Assembly (NCBI GenBank): GCA_965217115.1
Contig: OZ244239.1
Location: 1,056,001-1,120,000 of the forward strand
DNA from: Bdellovibrionales bacterium
Lineage (GTDB): Bacteria > Bdellovibrionota > Bdellovibrionia > Bdellovibrionales > CAYMLA01
DNA length: 64,000 nucleotides
Direction: 5' to 3'
In this document: one piece after another, positions 20,008 to 29,926 of the stretch
How the letters are laid out: every line of letters begins with the position of its first letter
Numbering within the stretch: the first letter of the stretch is position 1
Notes under the pieces: model-generated
What the model saw: only the letters and a program-made list of their open reading frames with translations
Databases searched by the model: none
Told to the model about the DNA's origin: nothing
Translations under genes and position numbers: made by a program

Positions 20008-20931
20008 TCAAGATTCCAAAGGATGTAAACTCAGTCCACAAAATTTACCCACAAGGTCGCGTCCAAATAAAAAGGACAACATTGGCAAAAAAACAAACCC
20101 CGTAGCCAGCACTAATAATATTCTGCCTACCACGCGCACAGGATAGAGCCCTTGACTCGCTTCATTGTCTCTACCCAATTTAAGTTCAAAAGCCCACTCT
20201 CCAAGAGAGCAACCAAAAAAAGCACGACTAATCACCATGTAAATGCTCATGACACAGACAAACAGCAACAACAAGCTCCAATCTGCCATCGTACCAGCCC
20301 CCTGATAAGTCAACGTTGCTAAGAAATTTACCTTTGTCACAATCAAAAGAGCCACCACAAAAACCAATGAAATCGCTAAAGCAACAATGGTATCCAAAAC
20401 CGCCGCGGGTAATGACCATCTCACATAACTTGTTTTTTTCTTTTTCTTCCCATCCCAAAAGAACTTTTCTTTTTCAGAAGAGGACGTCTGAGTCTTAAAT
20501 ATATCGGTGAAAAAAGGTTCGTCGCTCTCCTCTAATTCTTCATCAGAATAAACTGGCAACGTCTCTGTTAACTCTATTTCCAAATTTTCTTCCAAAGAAA
20601 CTTGATTCATAAATTTTTGATGTCTAGACGACACTTGTGAAGACACTTCATCTTTCTGTGACTCACCCCCTAAACTCTCCAAGACTTCATCTGCTGACTC
20701 AATCAACTCATCAAACTCCTTCATCTCCTCCAAACACTGAGTCTCTACCTCGGAACTCCCTGTCAATAAAGTCTCCGATTCATCAGGTAATGGAGTGGGC
20801 AAAGACTTGGACAGATGCTCTGTCACCACACCAGAACTCACAACTTCCTTCTTAAGATCAACAGTTCTACCATGAAATCCCAGGCCCTCAGTTAAAGGCT
20901 TAAACTTGAGTTCATTATCAGAAAAATTCAC
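20008..20931 (-). CDS. RDD family membrane protein with an acidic N-terminal region
   Basis: FKPLTEGLGFH N-terminus; C-terminal AAVLD…SLGEWAF…R transmembrane RDD pattern. Confidence 0.7.
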   Translation of the reverse strand: MNFSDNELKFKPLTEGLGFHGRTVDLKKEVVSSGVVTEHLSKSLPTPLPDESETLLTGSSEVETQCLEEMKEFDELIESADEVLESLGGESQKDEVSSQVSSRHQKFMNQVSLEENLEIELTETLPVYSDEELEESDEPFFTDIFKTQTSSSEKEKFFWDGKKKKKTSYVRWSLPAAVLDTIVALAISLVFVVALLIVTKVNFLATLTYQGAGTMADWSLLLLFVCVMSIYMVISRAFFGCSLGEWAFELKLGRDNEASQGLYPVRVVGRILLVLATGFVFLPMLSFLFGRDLVGKFCGLSLHPLES

Positions 20932-21107
20932 AGGCCATTTCCTCTACTTAAGTCCTATACACCTAACTTGTACTTTAAAATGCTCGGTAACACCACGCAA
21001 GCCGTTTCTACCCTAAGAATTTGCTTCCCTAAAGTCACTGGAGTCTCCCTCCCATAAACAAAAAAACTCAGTGCGTTATTTTTCTTCTGATTTAGTTTTA
21101 TACAGGC

Positions 21108-21134
21108 TTATCGTTTCTTTAAAAACACGCTTAA
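21108..21134 (-). promoter_or_regulatory. sigma28 (FliA)-like promoter
   Basis: TTAA-N15-AACGATAA versus consensus TAAA-N15-GCCGATAA. Confidence 0.5.
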
Positions 21135-21153
21135 ATAGTTTTGAAACTATAAA

Positions 21154-21675
21154 CTAAATTTCAACAGAACGATCAACAGAGGGTAAGTGAACAGCAAGCC
21201 CTTTCGTCTTAGGCTTTATTGAAGCCGTTGTCTGCACGAAACACTGTTGCAATTGAGCAAAAATAGGCTCACGAATAGCCAATTTATTATCCTGCAAAAC
21301 ACATTGACGACCCAGCTTCTTGTTAACATTAATAACAACGGGGGCTTTTAAATTAGCTGTCATTTGTGACGGGTCCTCTGGAATAGTCACAACAGTCAAT
21401 ATATGGGGCGATGACCCTTCATCTAAATTCAATGATTCTCTATCTCTTTTGGCCAAACTCACAGTGTAGCCTTGGGAAAAGAAACTTGGCTCAAGAACTG
21501 GAAATGCAACCTCTGGCTGTTCACAGCTCTGCAACCAGACAAAAATTTCATCACTAGGATCGTCCAAAATAACAAACTGCCGAAGGTGATTAAAACCCAA
21601 AATTCCCTCAGGAAATGCCACCACATCCTTCTGACCAATTTCTATACAACCAAATCTCGATGTTTGAATCTTCAC
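21154..21675 (-). CDS. fliW: flagellar assembly factor / CsrA antagonist FliW
   Basis: TSRFG, FPEGILGF, WLQS, TANLKAPVVIN…GRQ; GTG start at 21675 after AGGAG. Confidence 0.92.
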   Translation of the reverse strand: MKIQTSRFGCIEIGQKDVVAFPEGILGFNHLRQFVILDDPSDEIFVWLQSCEQPEVAFPVLEPSFFSQGYTVSLAKRDRESLNLDEGSSPHILTVVTIPEDPSQMTANLKAPVVINVNKKLGRQCVLQDNKLAIREPIFAQLQQCFVQTTASIKPKTKGLAVHLPSVDRSVEI

Positions 21676-21780
21676 AAGCCAACTCCTGATAATCAAAGAA
21701 TGCCCACAAAAATATAGCACGGCAAGAGTTTAAATGGGGTGGATCTAAAAAATGACATGGCAAACCCGCCCTAAATAATG

Positions 21781-22008
21781 TCAGGGCTTCAAAAGCTTTT
21801 TAATATCACGCGTGGCGTTAGGGTTGCTCTGCACCGACTCTCTATTTTGATCTTGAATAGCCTGATAGACCTCTTCTCGATGGATCTTCGTGTCCATAGG
21901 AGCTTCAATGCCAATACGAACCTGCTTCCCTTTAATCTGAACAATACGAATTTTAATGTGATCATCTATCGCGATGCTCTCACCTAATTTTCTCGTCAAA
22001 ACCAGCAT
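21781..22008 (-). CDS. csrA: carbon storage regulator CsrA
   Basis: [14 protein letters not shown]…VRIGIEAP…IHREEVY. Confidence 0.96.
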   Translation of the reverse strand: MLVLTRKLGESIAIDDHIKIRIVQIKGKQVRIGIEAPMDTKIHREEVYQAIQDQNRESVQSNPNATRDIKKLLKP

Positions 22009-22107
22009 GATGTCTCCTTCAACGTCCTGGTCAAAGTTCCCCGTTAGTTGGCCAACAATCCTATCCGTCCATGTGGCCTCAATCTAACGTCACGTCTATA
22101 AGCTATC

Positions 22108-22134
22108 GTAACGGCTATTTTCCCACAGTCCTAA
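22108..22134 (-). promoter_or_regulatory. sigma28-like promoter upstream of csrA
   Basis: TTAG-N15-GCCGTTAC. Confidence 0.5.
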
Positions 22135-22240
22135 AACATAAGGTAAAAAACTGGCCAAAGCTTAAGCGCGGTCCGTAAGTAATACTTCTATCTAATAAAG
22201 TCAAGGTTACCAGAGATTGGATATCCTCTGGTATTTCATC

Positions 22241-22453
22241 TCAGGAAGAGAACATCAGGTGCTCATCCACCATACAATCAGCAATCGCTTGATCATCAAT
22301 TTCATACTCATCATTATCAATCAAACGTTTTAACTTCTCAACCTTGTCCATATCCACGTCATTCACTCCATGGGTGGCTAATTCTTTGACTTTATCTATA
22401 TCACGAACTAAATCTGTCGCCTCTACAGTCGTGCCATTAGATGTCTTCATCAT
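22241..22453 (-). CDS. flgM: short anti-sigma28 factor FlgM (70 aa)
   Basis: DVDMDKVEKLKRLIDNDEYEIDDQAIADCM matches the FlgM C-terminal motif; ATG at 22453 after GGGAG. Confidence 0.8.
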   Translation of the reverse strand: MMKTSNGTTVEATDLVRDIDKVKELATHGVNDVDMDKVEKLKRLIDNDEYEIDDQAIADCMVDEHLMFSS

Positions 22454-22486
22454 AGCTCCCCATAAACCAACAACCCTTTCTCCCAC

Positions 22487-22495
22487 ATTATATCA
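22487..22495 (-). promoter_or_regulatory. extended -10 sigma70 element upstream of flgM
   Basis: TGATATAAT on the minus strand about 33 bp before the ATG. Confidence 0.55.
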
Positions 22496-22524
22496 TAATG
22501 AGATACTTGTTTTCTATAAGAAAT

Positions 22525-23433
22525 TCAACTGTTTATCTGAGAAACCCGAGCTGGTAGCTCTCTCCCCATTTTTTCTCCCAACCAGTGGCTAATTTTTATC
22601 AATTTATCCAAGTCCAAAGCCGTTTTGAATCCCATGGAATGTAAAAGGCGAACCACATCTTCTGTGGCCACATTGCCCGTCGCCCCTTCAGCATAGGGAC
22701 AACCACCCAAACCACCAATACTAGAGTCGAAAGTGCGCACACCCATCTCCACACTCTGTAAAACATTTGCCAATGCCAACCCACGAGTGTCATGAAAATG
22801 CATGGCTATTTTTGTCAAAGATGTCTCACGACTCAAACCAGCTATCCATCGCTTAACCTGCTTAGGGTTAGCCACTCCTATTGTATCTCCAATAGATATC
22901 TCTGCCACTCCTAATTCCAACATTCTCTTTACACCCTTAAGCACCTGTTCAACCTTCACCTCTCCTTCATAAGGGCAACCAAAGCAAGTGCTTAAATAAG
23001 CTCGAACTTTTATTTCATTTTCTTTCGCCAACGCCACCACTGTCTCAAGACGCCTGTAACTTTCATCAATAGAACAATTCACATTCTTTTGGGAAAAAGA
23101 CTCCGTCGAAGATGCAAAAATAGCCACTTCCTTCACGCCATTAGCTATCGCCTCGTTCATTCCTCTAAGATTAGGGACAAGAGCTGAAAATATGATCGAT
23201 TCAGGTATTTCAGCCATTTTTTGTTTTTGATGGACTTTTTTAAACAACTCCCCTGAGCCAGCCATTTGCGGCACCCACTTAGGAGAGACAAAAGAACCCA
23301 ACTCCATACACTCTACACCAGCATCAACAAGACGATCTGCCAATGACAAACGAATTGATGGGGACAGCGTCACCGTCTCGTTTTGCAACCCATCTCTTAA
23401 ACCCACTTCTACAATCTTAATTTTCTGATCCAA
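22525..23433 (-). CDS. liuE: hydroxymethylglutaryl-CoA lyase
   Basis: EVGLRDGLQNE, FVSPKWVPQMA, HFHDTRG, GLGGCPYA. Confidence 0.92.
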   Translation of the reverse strand: MDQKIKIVEVGLRDGLQNETVTLSPSIRLSLADRLVDAGVECMELGSFVSPKWVPQMAGSGELFKKVHQKQKMAEIPESIIFSALVPNLRGMNEAIANGVKEVAIFASSTESFSQKNVNCSIDESYRRLETVVALAKENEIKVRAYLSTCFGCPYEGEVKVEQVLKGVKRMLELGVAEISIGDTIGVANPKQVKRWIAGLSRETSLTKIAMHFHDTRGLALANVLQSVEMGVRTFDSSIGGLGGCPYAEGATGNVATEDVVRLLHSMGFKTALDLDKLIKISHWLGEKMGRELPARVSQINS

Positions 23434-23449
23434 AATTTAAGCCCTTCTT

Positions 23450-23830
23450 CTACTCTTTAAAAAAACCTACCAGCATTTGCCCCGAACTCACTTGATCCCC
23501 AATAACCACGTTCACCTTCTCTACCACACCATTTTTTTTCGCCCTTAAAGTGTATTCCATCTTCATTGCCTCTAAAACAAGAATAGAATCTCCTTCTTTC
23601 ACGGTATCTCCTTGGGAGATAAATATCTTTGTTACCTTACCTGGCATTTTCGCTATAATTTCTCCAGACTCTTTTTTAGCAACAGTCGATTTACGCCTAC
23701 GACGACGAATGTGATTTGCCAGTTCCATGGAGTAAGTCCTTCCAGAGAGATGAACCCATAAAGTGTCTTTTATCCTCTCTACCTTGCCCGTGCAAAGCAG
23801 CCCTTCGATCTCAAAAGTTAATTCTTCCAT
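23450..23830 (-). CDS. biotin carboxyl carrier subunit (split from the MCC alpha chain)
   Basis: MPGKV…LEAMKME biotinylation motif. Confidence 0.88.
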   Translation of the reverse strand: MEELTFEIEGLLCTGKVERIKDTLWVHLSGRTYSMELANHIRRRRRKSTVAKKESGEIIAKMPGKVTKIFISQGDTVKEGDSILVLEAMKMEYTLRAKKNGVVEKVNVVIGDQVSSGQMLVGFFKE

Positions 23831-25299
23831 CACACATTTCTCCAACTCTGTTCCCACGGAGAAGCCTCAATTTTTTGTCCTTGTTTCTGAGATTCAGCTT
23901 GGGCCTTCTTGGCAAACTCCATCTCTGAATCAGTCAAATCTCCTCCCTCCAACCCCTTGGGAAAGTTCTTCGCTATAAATTGTGTGGTCATTGTTCCTTC
24001 ACGAAAATCTGGATGATTTAAAATTTCTTGCAAGTAGGGAATATTGGTTTTCACTCCAAAAATCACTGTGTCTCTTAGTACGCAAATCATTTTATCAATG
24101 GCTCTTCTGCGATTCTCATCCCAAACAATCACCTTGGCCATCATCGGATCATAAAAGGGCGTTATTTCATCTCCTCTTTCAAAACCATATTCAAAACGAC
24201 GCCCTGGCCCCTCTGGCCATTCTATCGTTCCCAAAACCCCAACACTCGGTATTCCCTGAGCATAAGAATCCTCTGCATATAAACGACATTCAATGGCATG
24301 CCCTGTTGGTTCTAATTTTCTTCCAAAAAAAAGCACAGGTTCCCCTTGAGCTGTTTGAATCTGTGCCTTAACTAAATCCACCCCAAGTACCATTTCAGTC
24401 ACAGGATGCTCAACTTGCAGACGCGTGTTCACCTCTAAAAAATAAAAATTTTCCCCTTGTAAAAGAAATTCTACCGTCCCCGCGTTGATATAACCTGCCT
24501 GGGTCGCCACTGCAACGGCTGCTCTTCCCATCTCCTCTCGTAAATCATCCGTTAAAAAAGATGATCCCGATTCTTCAATCATTTTTTGATGACGCCTTTG
24601 CACCGAACACTCGCGATCAAAAAGATGTCTCACCTCTCCCGAAGCATCACCAAATATTTGAAATTCAATATGCTTTGCCTTATCCAAGTATTTTTCTAAA
24701 AAAATCTCACTAGATCCAAAAGCCGATTGACTCTCTCTTTGCGCCGATTCAATTTGTTCCTGAGCCTCGTCCATAGAATAAATCACTTTCATTCCACGAC
24801 CACCACCTCCAGCCGTCGCCTTAACAATAACTGGTAAACCAATCCTCTCCACTTCTTTTATCAAAACTTTCAGAGATTGATCGACTCCATCGTAACCAGG
24901 AACCGTAGGGACCCCCGCCTTTTTTACAATTTCCTTCGATAAAATTTTATTTCCTAATTTTTCAATCACCTCAGCCTTAGGCCCAACAAAAATCAACCCC
25001 GCCCTCTGGCAAGCACGAGCAAAATCTCCATTCTCTGATAAAAAACCAAATCCAGGGTGAATCGCATCAGCTCCTTTCCCCAAAGCGCCGTTAATATTAC
25101 TCTCGATACTTAAATAACTTTTATCCATCGATTCTGGCCCTATGCAAACTCTCTCATCTGCCAAACGATAGGCTCGACTCTGCACATCCACCTCAGAATG
25201 GAGAAGCACTGTCTTGATCCCCATCTCCTGACAAGCACGAATAATACGCACCGCTACTTCTCCTCGATTTGCAATAGCTAAACATTGAATCTTACTCAT
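23830..25299 (-). CDS. liuD: biotin carboxylase subunit of methylcrotonyl-CoA carboxylase
   Basis: IANRGEVA, HPGFGFLSEN, GGGGRGM, RECSVQRRHQK, EVNTRLQVEHPVTE; liu cluster context. Confidence 0.88.
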   Translation of the reverse strand: MSKIQCLAIANRGEVAVRIIRACQEMGIKTVLLHSEVDVQSRAYRLADERVCIGPESMDKSYLSIESNINGALGKGADAIHPGFGFLSENGDFARACQRAGLIFVGPKAEVIEKLGNKILSKEIVKKAGVPTVPGYDGVDQSLKVLIKEVERIGLPVIVKATAGGGGRGMKVIYSMDEAQEQIESAQRESQSAFGSSEIFLEKYLDKAKHIEFQIFGDASGEVRHLFDRECSVQRRHQKMIEESGSSFLTDDLREEMGRAAVAVATQAGYINAGTVEFLLQGENFYFLEVNTRLQVEHPVTEMVLGVDLVKAQIQTAQGEPVLFFGRKLEPTGHAIECRLYAEDSYAQGIPSVGVLGTIEWPEGPGRRFEYGFERGDEITPFYDPMMAKVIVWDENRRRAIDKMICVLRDTVIFGVKTNIPYLQEILNHPDFREGTMTTQFIAKNFPKGLEGGDLTDSEMEFAKKAQAESQKQGQKIEASPWEQSWRNV

Positions 25300-26098
25300 T
25301 TGTTTTTCTCTTTTCAAGAAACTGTCTAAGACCCTTCTGCCCCTCATCACTCACTCGCCTCTCGGCAATCACACGCACTGTTTCATCAAAAACACTCTTG
25401 TTTAAATTTTGTTCTAAAAAACACAAGAGCTTCTTCGTCTCTCTCATCGCTTGTATTCCATTCATCATGATATTCTTTACGGTTTTTAAAAAAAACTCTT
25501 CGACTTCGCCCTGTGACCCAAGAAAATGAATCAACCCCGACTCCTTAGCCTCCAATGAATCAAACCTTCTCGCCGTAAGCATCAGTTCATAGACCTTACT
25601 CGTAAGCATTTTTTTTGTAACAAAAGGACTTATCACCGCAGGCACCAAACCTAATTTAACTTCACTGAAACAAAAAATCGTATTCTCCTCAGCAGCTACA
25701 ATATCACAGACAGCAAGCAATCCCACAGCACCTCCCATTACATGGCCATGTACTTTTGCCATAATCACATGGGGACACTTAGATATTTCCGTAAACATTT
25801 CACATAACTTCTGAGCATCTACTTTGTTTTCTTCCAACGAATAACTCACTACGCTCTTCATCCAATGAAGATCAGCTCCAGCACAAAAACTATTCCCCTC
25901 TCCACAGAGAGTGATTAATTTAATATCCTCTCTTTGAGAAAAATCACAGAAAGCCTTCGTTAACTCTGCAATCATACCTGGGTGAAACGCATTTTTCACC
26001 TCTGGTCTATTCAGAGATATTTCTATCATCACCTCTGTATTTGTCTGTTTTTTCTCTGTCACTTTAATAAAATTCATTGCCATCTTCCTATTTGTCAT
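25292..26098 (-). CDS. liuC: methylglutaconyl-CoA hydratase (crotonase family)
   Basis: LNRPEVKNAF, FCAGADL, MGGAVGL, SEVKLGLVPAVISPF; start codon uncertain. Confidence 0.85.
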   Translation of the reverse strand: MTNRKMAMNFIKVTEKKQTNTEVMIEISLNRPEVKNAFHPGMIAELTKAFCDFSQREDIKLITLCGEGNSFCAGADLHWMKSVVSYSLEENKVDAQKLCEMFTEISKCPHVIMAKVHGHVMGGAVGLLAVCDIVAAEENTIFCFSEVKLGLVPAVISPFVTKKMLTSKVYELMLTARRFDSLEAKESGLIHFLGSQGEVEEFFLKTVKNIMMNGIQAMRETKKLLCFLEQNLNKSVFDETVRVIAERRVSDEGQKGLRQFLEKRKTNE

Positions 26099-26118
26099 TT
26101 TTCTAATTGTTTTTATTT

Positions 26119-27729
26119 TTACATTCGAAAGACGCCCTGACCAGGGTCTGTCCACTCACTATTATAGCTAGCGCGAATTCCCATCGCAAGCACTCGACGA
26201 GTGTCCTTAGGGTCTATAATTCCATCATCCCAAATCCGAGCCGTAGAATAATACGCTGAACTTTCCTTAGCGTATTTCTCCAATGTCGGCCCTTTAAAGA
26301 CTTCTTGCTCTTTGGCTGATAAACTCTTTTGCCCTCTCTTTGCCAACTGATCTTGCTTAACAGTCAGAAGAACATTCGCCGCCTGCTCTCCACCCATGAC
26401 AGATATTCTCGCATTAGGCCACATCCATAACTGGCGAGGTTGATACGCCCGACCACACATACCGTAATTACCTGCACCATAAGAACCCCCTATCACCACG
26501 GTGAACTTAGGCACACGACAATTACTCACAGCCATAACCATTTTAGCTCCGTCTTTGGCAATACCACTGCTTTCATAATCCTTACCAATCATAAAACCCG
26601 TTATATTTTGCAAAAAGACCAAAGGAATGTTTCGTTGATTACACAGTTCAATAAAATGTGTCACCTTCAAGGCGCTCTCTCCAAAAAGAACACCATTATT
26701 GGCCACAACCCCCACGGGATTTCCCCAAATATGCGCAAACCCCGTGACAATGGTCTTTGCGTAGTTCTCTTTGAACTCGTGGAAACGACTGCCATCAACA
26801 ACACGAGCAATCACCTCCCGTACATCAAAAGGAGTTTTGGCATCTTTAGGGATTACACCATAAAGTTCTTCAACATCGTAATTCGGTTCAACAATAGGTT
26901 GAATGTTCGCCCTTGTTTTTTTTTCTCGATTCGTATGGGCTAAAATACTACGTGTGATCCACAGAGCCTCTTCATCATCTTCAGCAAAATGATCCGTCAC
27001 TCCACTTTTTTCGCAATGAACATAGGCACCGCCCAATTCTTCCGCCGTGACTTCCTCTCCCGTCGCTGCCTTAACCAAAGGAGGGCCACCAAGAAAAATA
27101 GTCCCACTCCCTTTAACAATCACATTCTCATCACTCATTGCTGGAACATAGGCGCCCCCTGCAGTGCAACTTCCCATAACCGCAGATATTTGCGGGATAC
27201 CCTGGGCCGACATTCGAGCTTGATTGTAAAATATTCGCCCAAAATGGTCTCGATCAGGAAAAACCTCCGATTGCAAAGGTAAAAAAGCTCCACCACTATC
27301 GACGAGATAAATACAGGCAAGGCCATTTTCTAAAGCGATCTCCTGAGCTCTTAAATGTTTTTTGACCGTCATCGGAAAATAGGTTCCACCTTTGACTGTG
27401 GCATCATTGGCTACAATCACGCACTCCACGTCCGAAACGATCCCAATACCTGTAATAATCCCAGCCCCTGGGGCCGCCCCATCATACATCTCCCAAGCCG
27501 CTAAAGTTGAAAATTCCAAAAAGGAACTCCCTTTATCCAACAACTGATTAATTCTCTCTCTGGCCGTAAGCTTTCCTCTCTTACGATGTCTTTCAATAGC
27601 CTCAGAACCTCCGCCGTTTTTCACTCGCTCGATTCTATCACGCCACTCACCTACAGTCTTTTCCATTGCTTTTTTGTTTTCACAAAAGCTCTGGCTTTGA
27701 TTCTCTAACTCAGACTCGATGGATTCCAT
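26119..27729 (-). CDS. liuB: methylcrotonyl-CoA carboxylase beta (carboxyltransferase) subunit
   Basis: [44 protein letters not shown]-terminus. Confidence 0.93.
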   Translation of the reverse strand: MESIESELENQSQSFCENKKAMEKTVGEWRDRIERVKNGGGSEAIERHRKRGKLTARERINQLLDKGSSFLEFSTLAAWEMYDGAAPGAGIITGIGIVSDVECVIVANDATVKGGTYFPMTVKKHLRAQEIALENGLACIYLVDSGGAFLPLQSEVFPDRDHFGRIFYNQARMSAQGIPQISAVMGSCTAGGAYVPAMSDENVIVKGSGTIFLGGPPLVKAATGEEVTAEELGGAYVHCEKSGVTDHFAEDDEEALWITRSILAHTNREKKTRANIQPIVEPNYDVEELYGVIPKDAKTPFDVREVIARVVDGSRFHEFKENYAKTIVTGFAHIWGNPVGVVANNGVLFGESALKVTHFIELCNQRNIPLVFLQNITGFMIGKDYESSGIAKDGAKMVMAVSNCRVPKFTVVIGGSYGAGNYGMCGRAYQPRQLWMWPNARISVMGGEQAANVLLTVKQDQLAKRGQKSLSAKEQEVFKGPTLEKYAKESSAYYSTARIWDDGIIDPKDTRRVLAMGIRASYNSEWTDPGQGVFRM

Positions 27730-27918
27730 AAACGCTCCTTACACACTCTCAAAGGGAACTGGACACAGCCTAGTTGAACCCCCCCCATACAGGCAAGAAA
27801 ACACATGCCCGACAGTGCTAAATGCACTGAGTTAAACGTTTGCTTTTACTGATATTTGACGAAAGACACAACTCCCTCTAGGGTAAGAACTAACTCCATC
27901 ACTTAATTTGAGGTTGGT

Positions 27919-28338
27919 ATGAAGCTGATCAGTTTAGCTATTTTTTCAAGTGCTCTTTATTGGACATGGGGACTTATTCATCCCCTCCCCCTCGTGCATC
28001 CCGATATTCAAGATGCTATTCAAAATCAAATTCAAATTATCATTACTCAAGCGGTAAAAAAAAGACACCAAGATGCAATCGATATCCAGTTCATTCATAT
28101 CAACTCAGATTCACTGAACCAAAAAGAAATTCTTGTGACTTTCGATTACGAATTCCGTCGTCCCACAATCGATGGGGACGCTCAAGGACATACCAGATCC
28201 CAGATTCAAGGAAGCGTAAACGTAACCCTCTCCAAAGCCAAATACAATTCTCTGCCACAATGGCAGTTGCAGAATATCGAAACGATCTCCTCCCATGTTG
28301 AGTTTGAGAAAGGCTCCGAAATCACCATTAAAAAATAA
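27919..28338 (+). CDS. hypothetical exported/membrane-anchored protein
   Basis: RBS GAGG, N-terminal hydrophobic segment, TAATG coupling to the next gene. Confidence 0.7.
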   Translation: MKLISLAIFSSALYWTWGLIHPLPLVHPDIQDAIQNQIQIIITQAVKKRHQDAIDIQFIHINSDSLNQKEILVTFDYEFRRPTIDGDAQGHTRSQIQGSVNVTLSKAKYNSLPQWQLQNIETISSHVEFEKGSEITIKK

Positions 28339-29396
28339 TGTCTGATATTCAAACTAAAAAAATACAGTTCTTACAAATGTCTCCAACAGGATATCTTTAC
28401 AACGGAGAGGCTGAAATTCCCTCTACCGCAGGACTTCATTTACTTCAAAATCTCAAACGGGAGGAAAACAATGTCTACACGACTTTCCACAACGACAAAA
28501 AATTTCTCATCGAAGCCTATGACTATCCATTAGTCGCTATTGATGTTTCTCCCATTCAAGACTCGCAACCCAATCAGTGGACAGCCACTGGCGCTTACGG
28601 CCACCAATGGGAATTTGATTTAAAGCAACTACGATTAGATTCATGGGATCGTTTTATTGCATTTAATTTCAATAAAATACCCTTTGTTTTTAGTTCTCAA
28701 GCTCAGGATATTTTTTTCTCTGCCCTTGACGAGTTCACCGATGATACTCTCACTTATCGTGGACAGAAATTTTCTGTTCCCGATTGGTTCATAGATACAA
28801 AAGAAGTCGAATCCTCTAAACACTGGTCCTCTATCTATCAAGATGAAACCCCTGGATGGGAACTAGAGCAAGCCTCGCCTGTCATTACAAAAAACCTCCA
28901 ACGTCTTAAATTAATTAAATCTCATATTGTCGTTCTTGGCTGCGGCTCTGGCAATGATGCTGCCTACCTAGCTCAACAAGGTCACATCGTAACAGCCATT
29001 GATTTTAGCTCTGAAGCTATCTCTCAAGCCAAAGAAAAATACGCTCATATAGACAATTTGAGTTTTATTCAAAAGGATGTTTTTAACCTTCCTCAAAGCT
29101 ATAACAAGCGATTCGACCTCATTATTGAGCACACATGTTTTTGCGCCATTAACCCCATAAAAAGAGAGAAACTCGTTCAAATTTGGCATGAACTTCTCCG
29201 TGATAATGGACAACTTTTTGGTGTTTTCTTTGTCTCACCTCAAAATCAAGGCCCTCCATTTGGTTCCACAGAGTGGGAAATGGAGAAACATCTTAAAAAA
29301 GGCTTTCAATTCCTTCTCTGGGAAAGGGCTAAAAACTCACAGGGTCAACGCCAAGGTAAAGAACTTTTTATCTTAGCGCAAAAACGCACAAAGTGA
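28338..29396 (+). CDS. TPMT-like class I SAM methyltransferase with an extra N-terminal domain
   Basis: PGWEL, VLGCGSGND, AIDFS, EHTCFCAI, GPPFG. Confidence 0.82.
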   Translation: MSDIQTKKIQFLQMSPTGYLYNGEAEIPSTAGLHLLQNLKREENNVYTTFHNDKKFLIEAYDYPLVAIDVSPIQDSQPNQWTATGAYGHQWEFDLKQLRLDSWDRFIAFNFNKIPFVFSSQAQDIFFSALDEFTDDTLTYRGQKFSVPDWFIDTKEVESSKHWSSIYQDETPGWELEQASPVITKNLQRLKLIKSHIVVLGCGSGNDAAYLAQQGHIVTAIDFSSEAISQAKEKYAHIDNLSFIQKDVFNLPQSYNKRFDLIIEHTCFCAINPIKREKLVQIWHELLRDNGQLFGVFFVSPQNQGPPFGSTEWEMEKHLKKGFQFLLWERAKNSQGQRQGKELFILAQKRTK

Positions 29397-29458
29397 TCTC
29401 TATTAAAAAACACAGCTCATTTGCCCAAATCGAAAAAAGATGGTATAGCTCTTTCTAA

Positions 29459-29831
29459 ATCGGTTAAATGGGTAGTCGCTGGTTGAAGATGGTTTTCATT
29501 TTTAACGAGAGGAAAGTCCGGACTCCTTATGGCAACGTAAAGGGTAACTCCCTTCCACCGTGAGGTGAGGACTAGTGGAACAGAGAGAATGTCCAGGGCA
29601 TTGAGCTTGAGGCTGGGAACAGGAGGCCTTTTGGGAGCTGCTGGAGTGAAAACAGCTAAACTCTACGTGGAGCAAGATCAAATAGGAGAGCGCTTTAAGC
29701 GCAGCCAGCGTAAGGCTCTCGGGTAAGATCGCTTGAAGAACTGGGTAACTGGTTCTCTAGAGGAATGGCTACCTCGCAAAATGACTTGCCATCATTTTGT
29801 AGGACAGGATCCGGCTTATAGTTTAACCGAT
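29459..29831 (+). ncRNA. rnpB: RNase P RNA
   Basis: GAGGAAAGTCCGGACTC, GAGCAAG and ACAGGATCCGGCTTA signature motifs; P1 pairing ATCGGTTAAA/TTTAACCGAT; upstream TTGCCC-N17-TATAGC. Confidence 0.95.
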
Positions 29832-29843
29832 GTGGCTTTTTGT

Positions 29844-29879
29844 GGGGGCGTCTCTTATTAAGACGTCCCCTTCTTTTTT
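29844..29879 (+). terminator. intrinsic terminator downstream of rnpB
   Basis: GGGGGCGTCT…AGACGTCCCC stem followed by TTCTTTTTT. Confidence 0.85.
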
Positions 29880-29926
29880 AGCGGTTCTCTGTTATTTATG
29901 GAAATCTCTATTTTATAGAATCGACT

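Noticed and set aside
22140..22240. Remnant of flgN/flgK/flgL between flgM and csrA
   Set aside because: Translating the minus-strand frames gave no recognisable flagellar sequence; only a small hairpin (TACCAGAG/CTCTGGTA) is evident.
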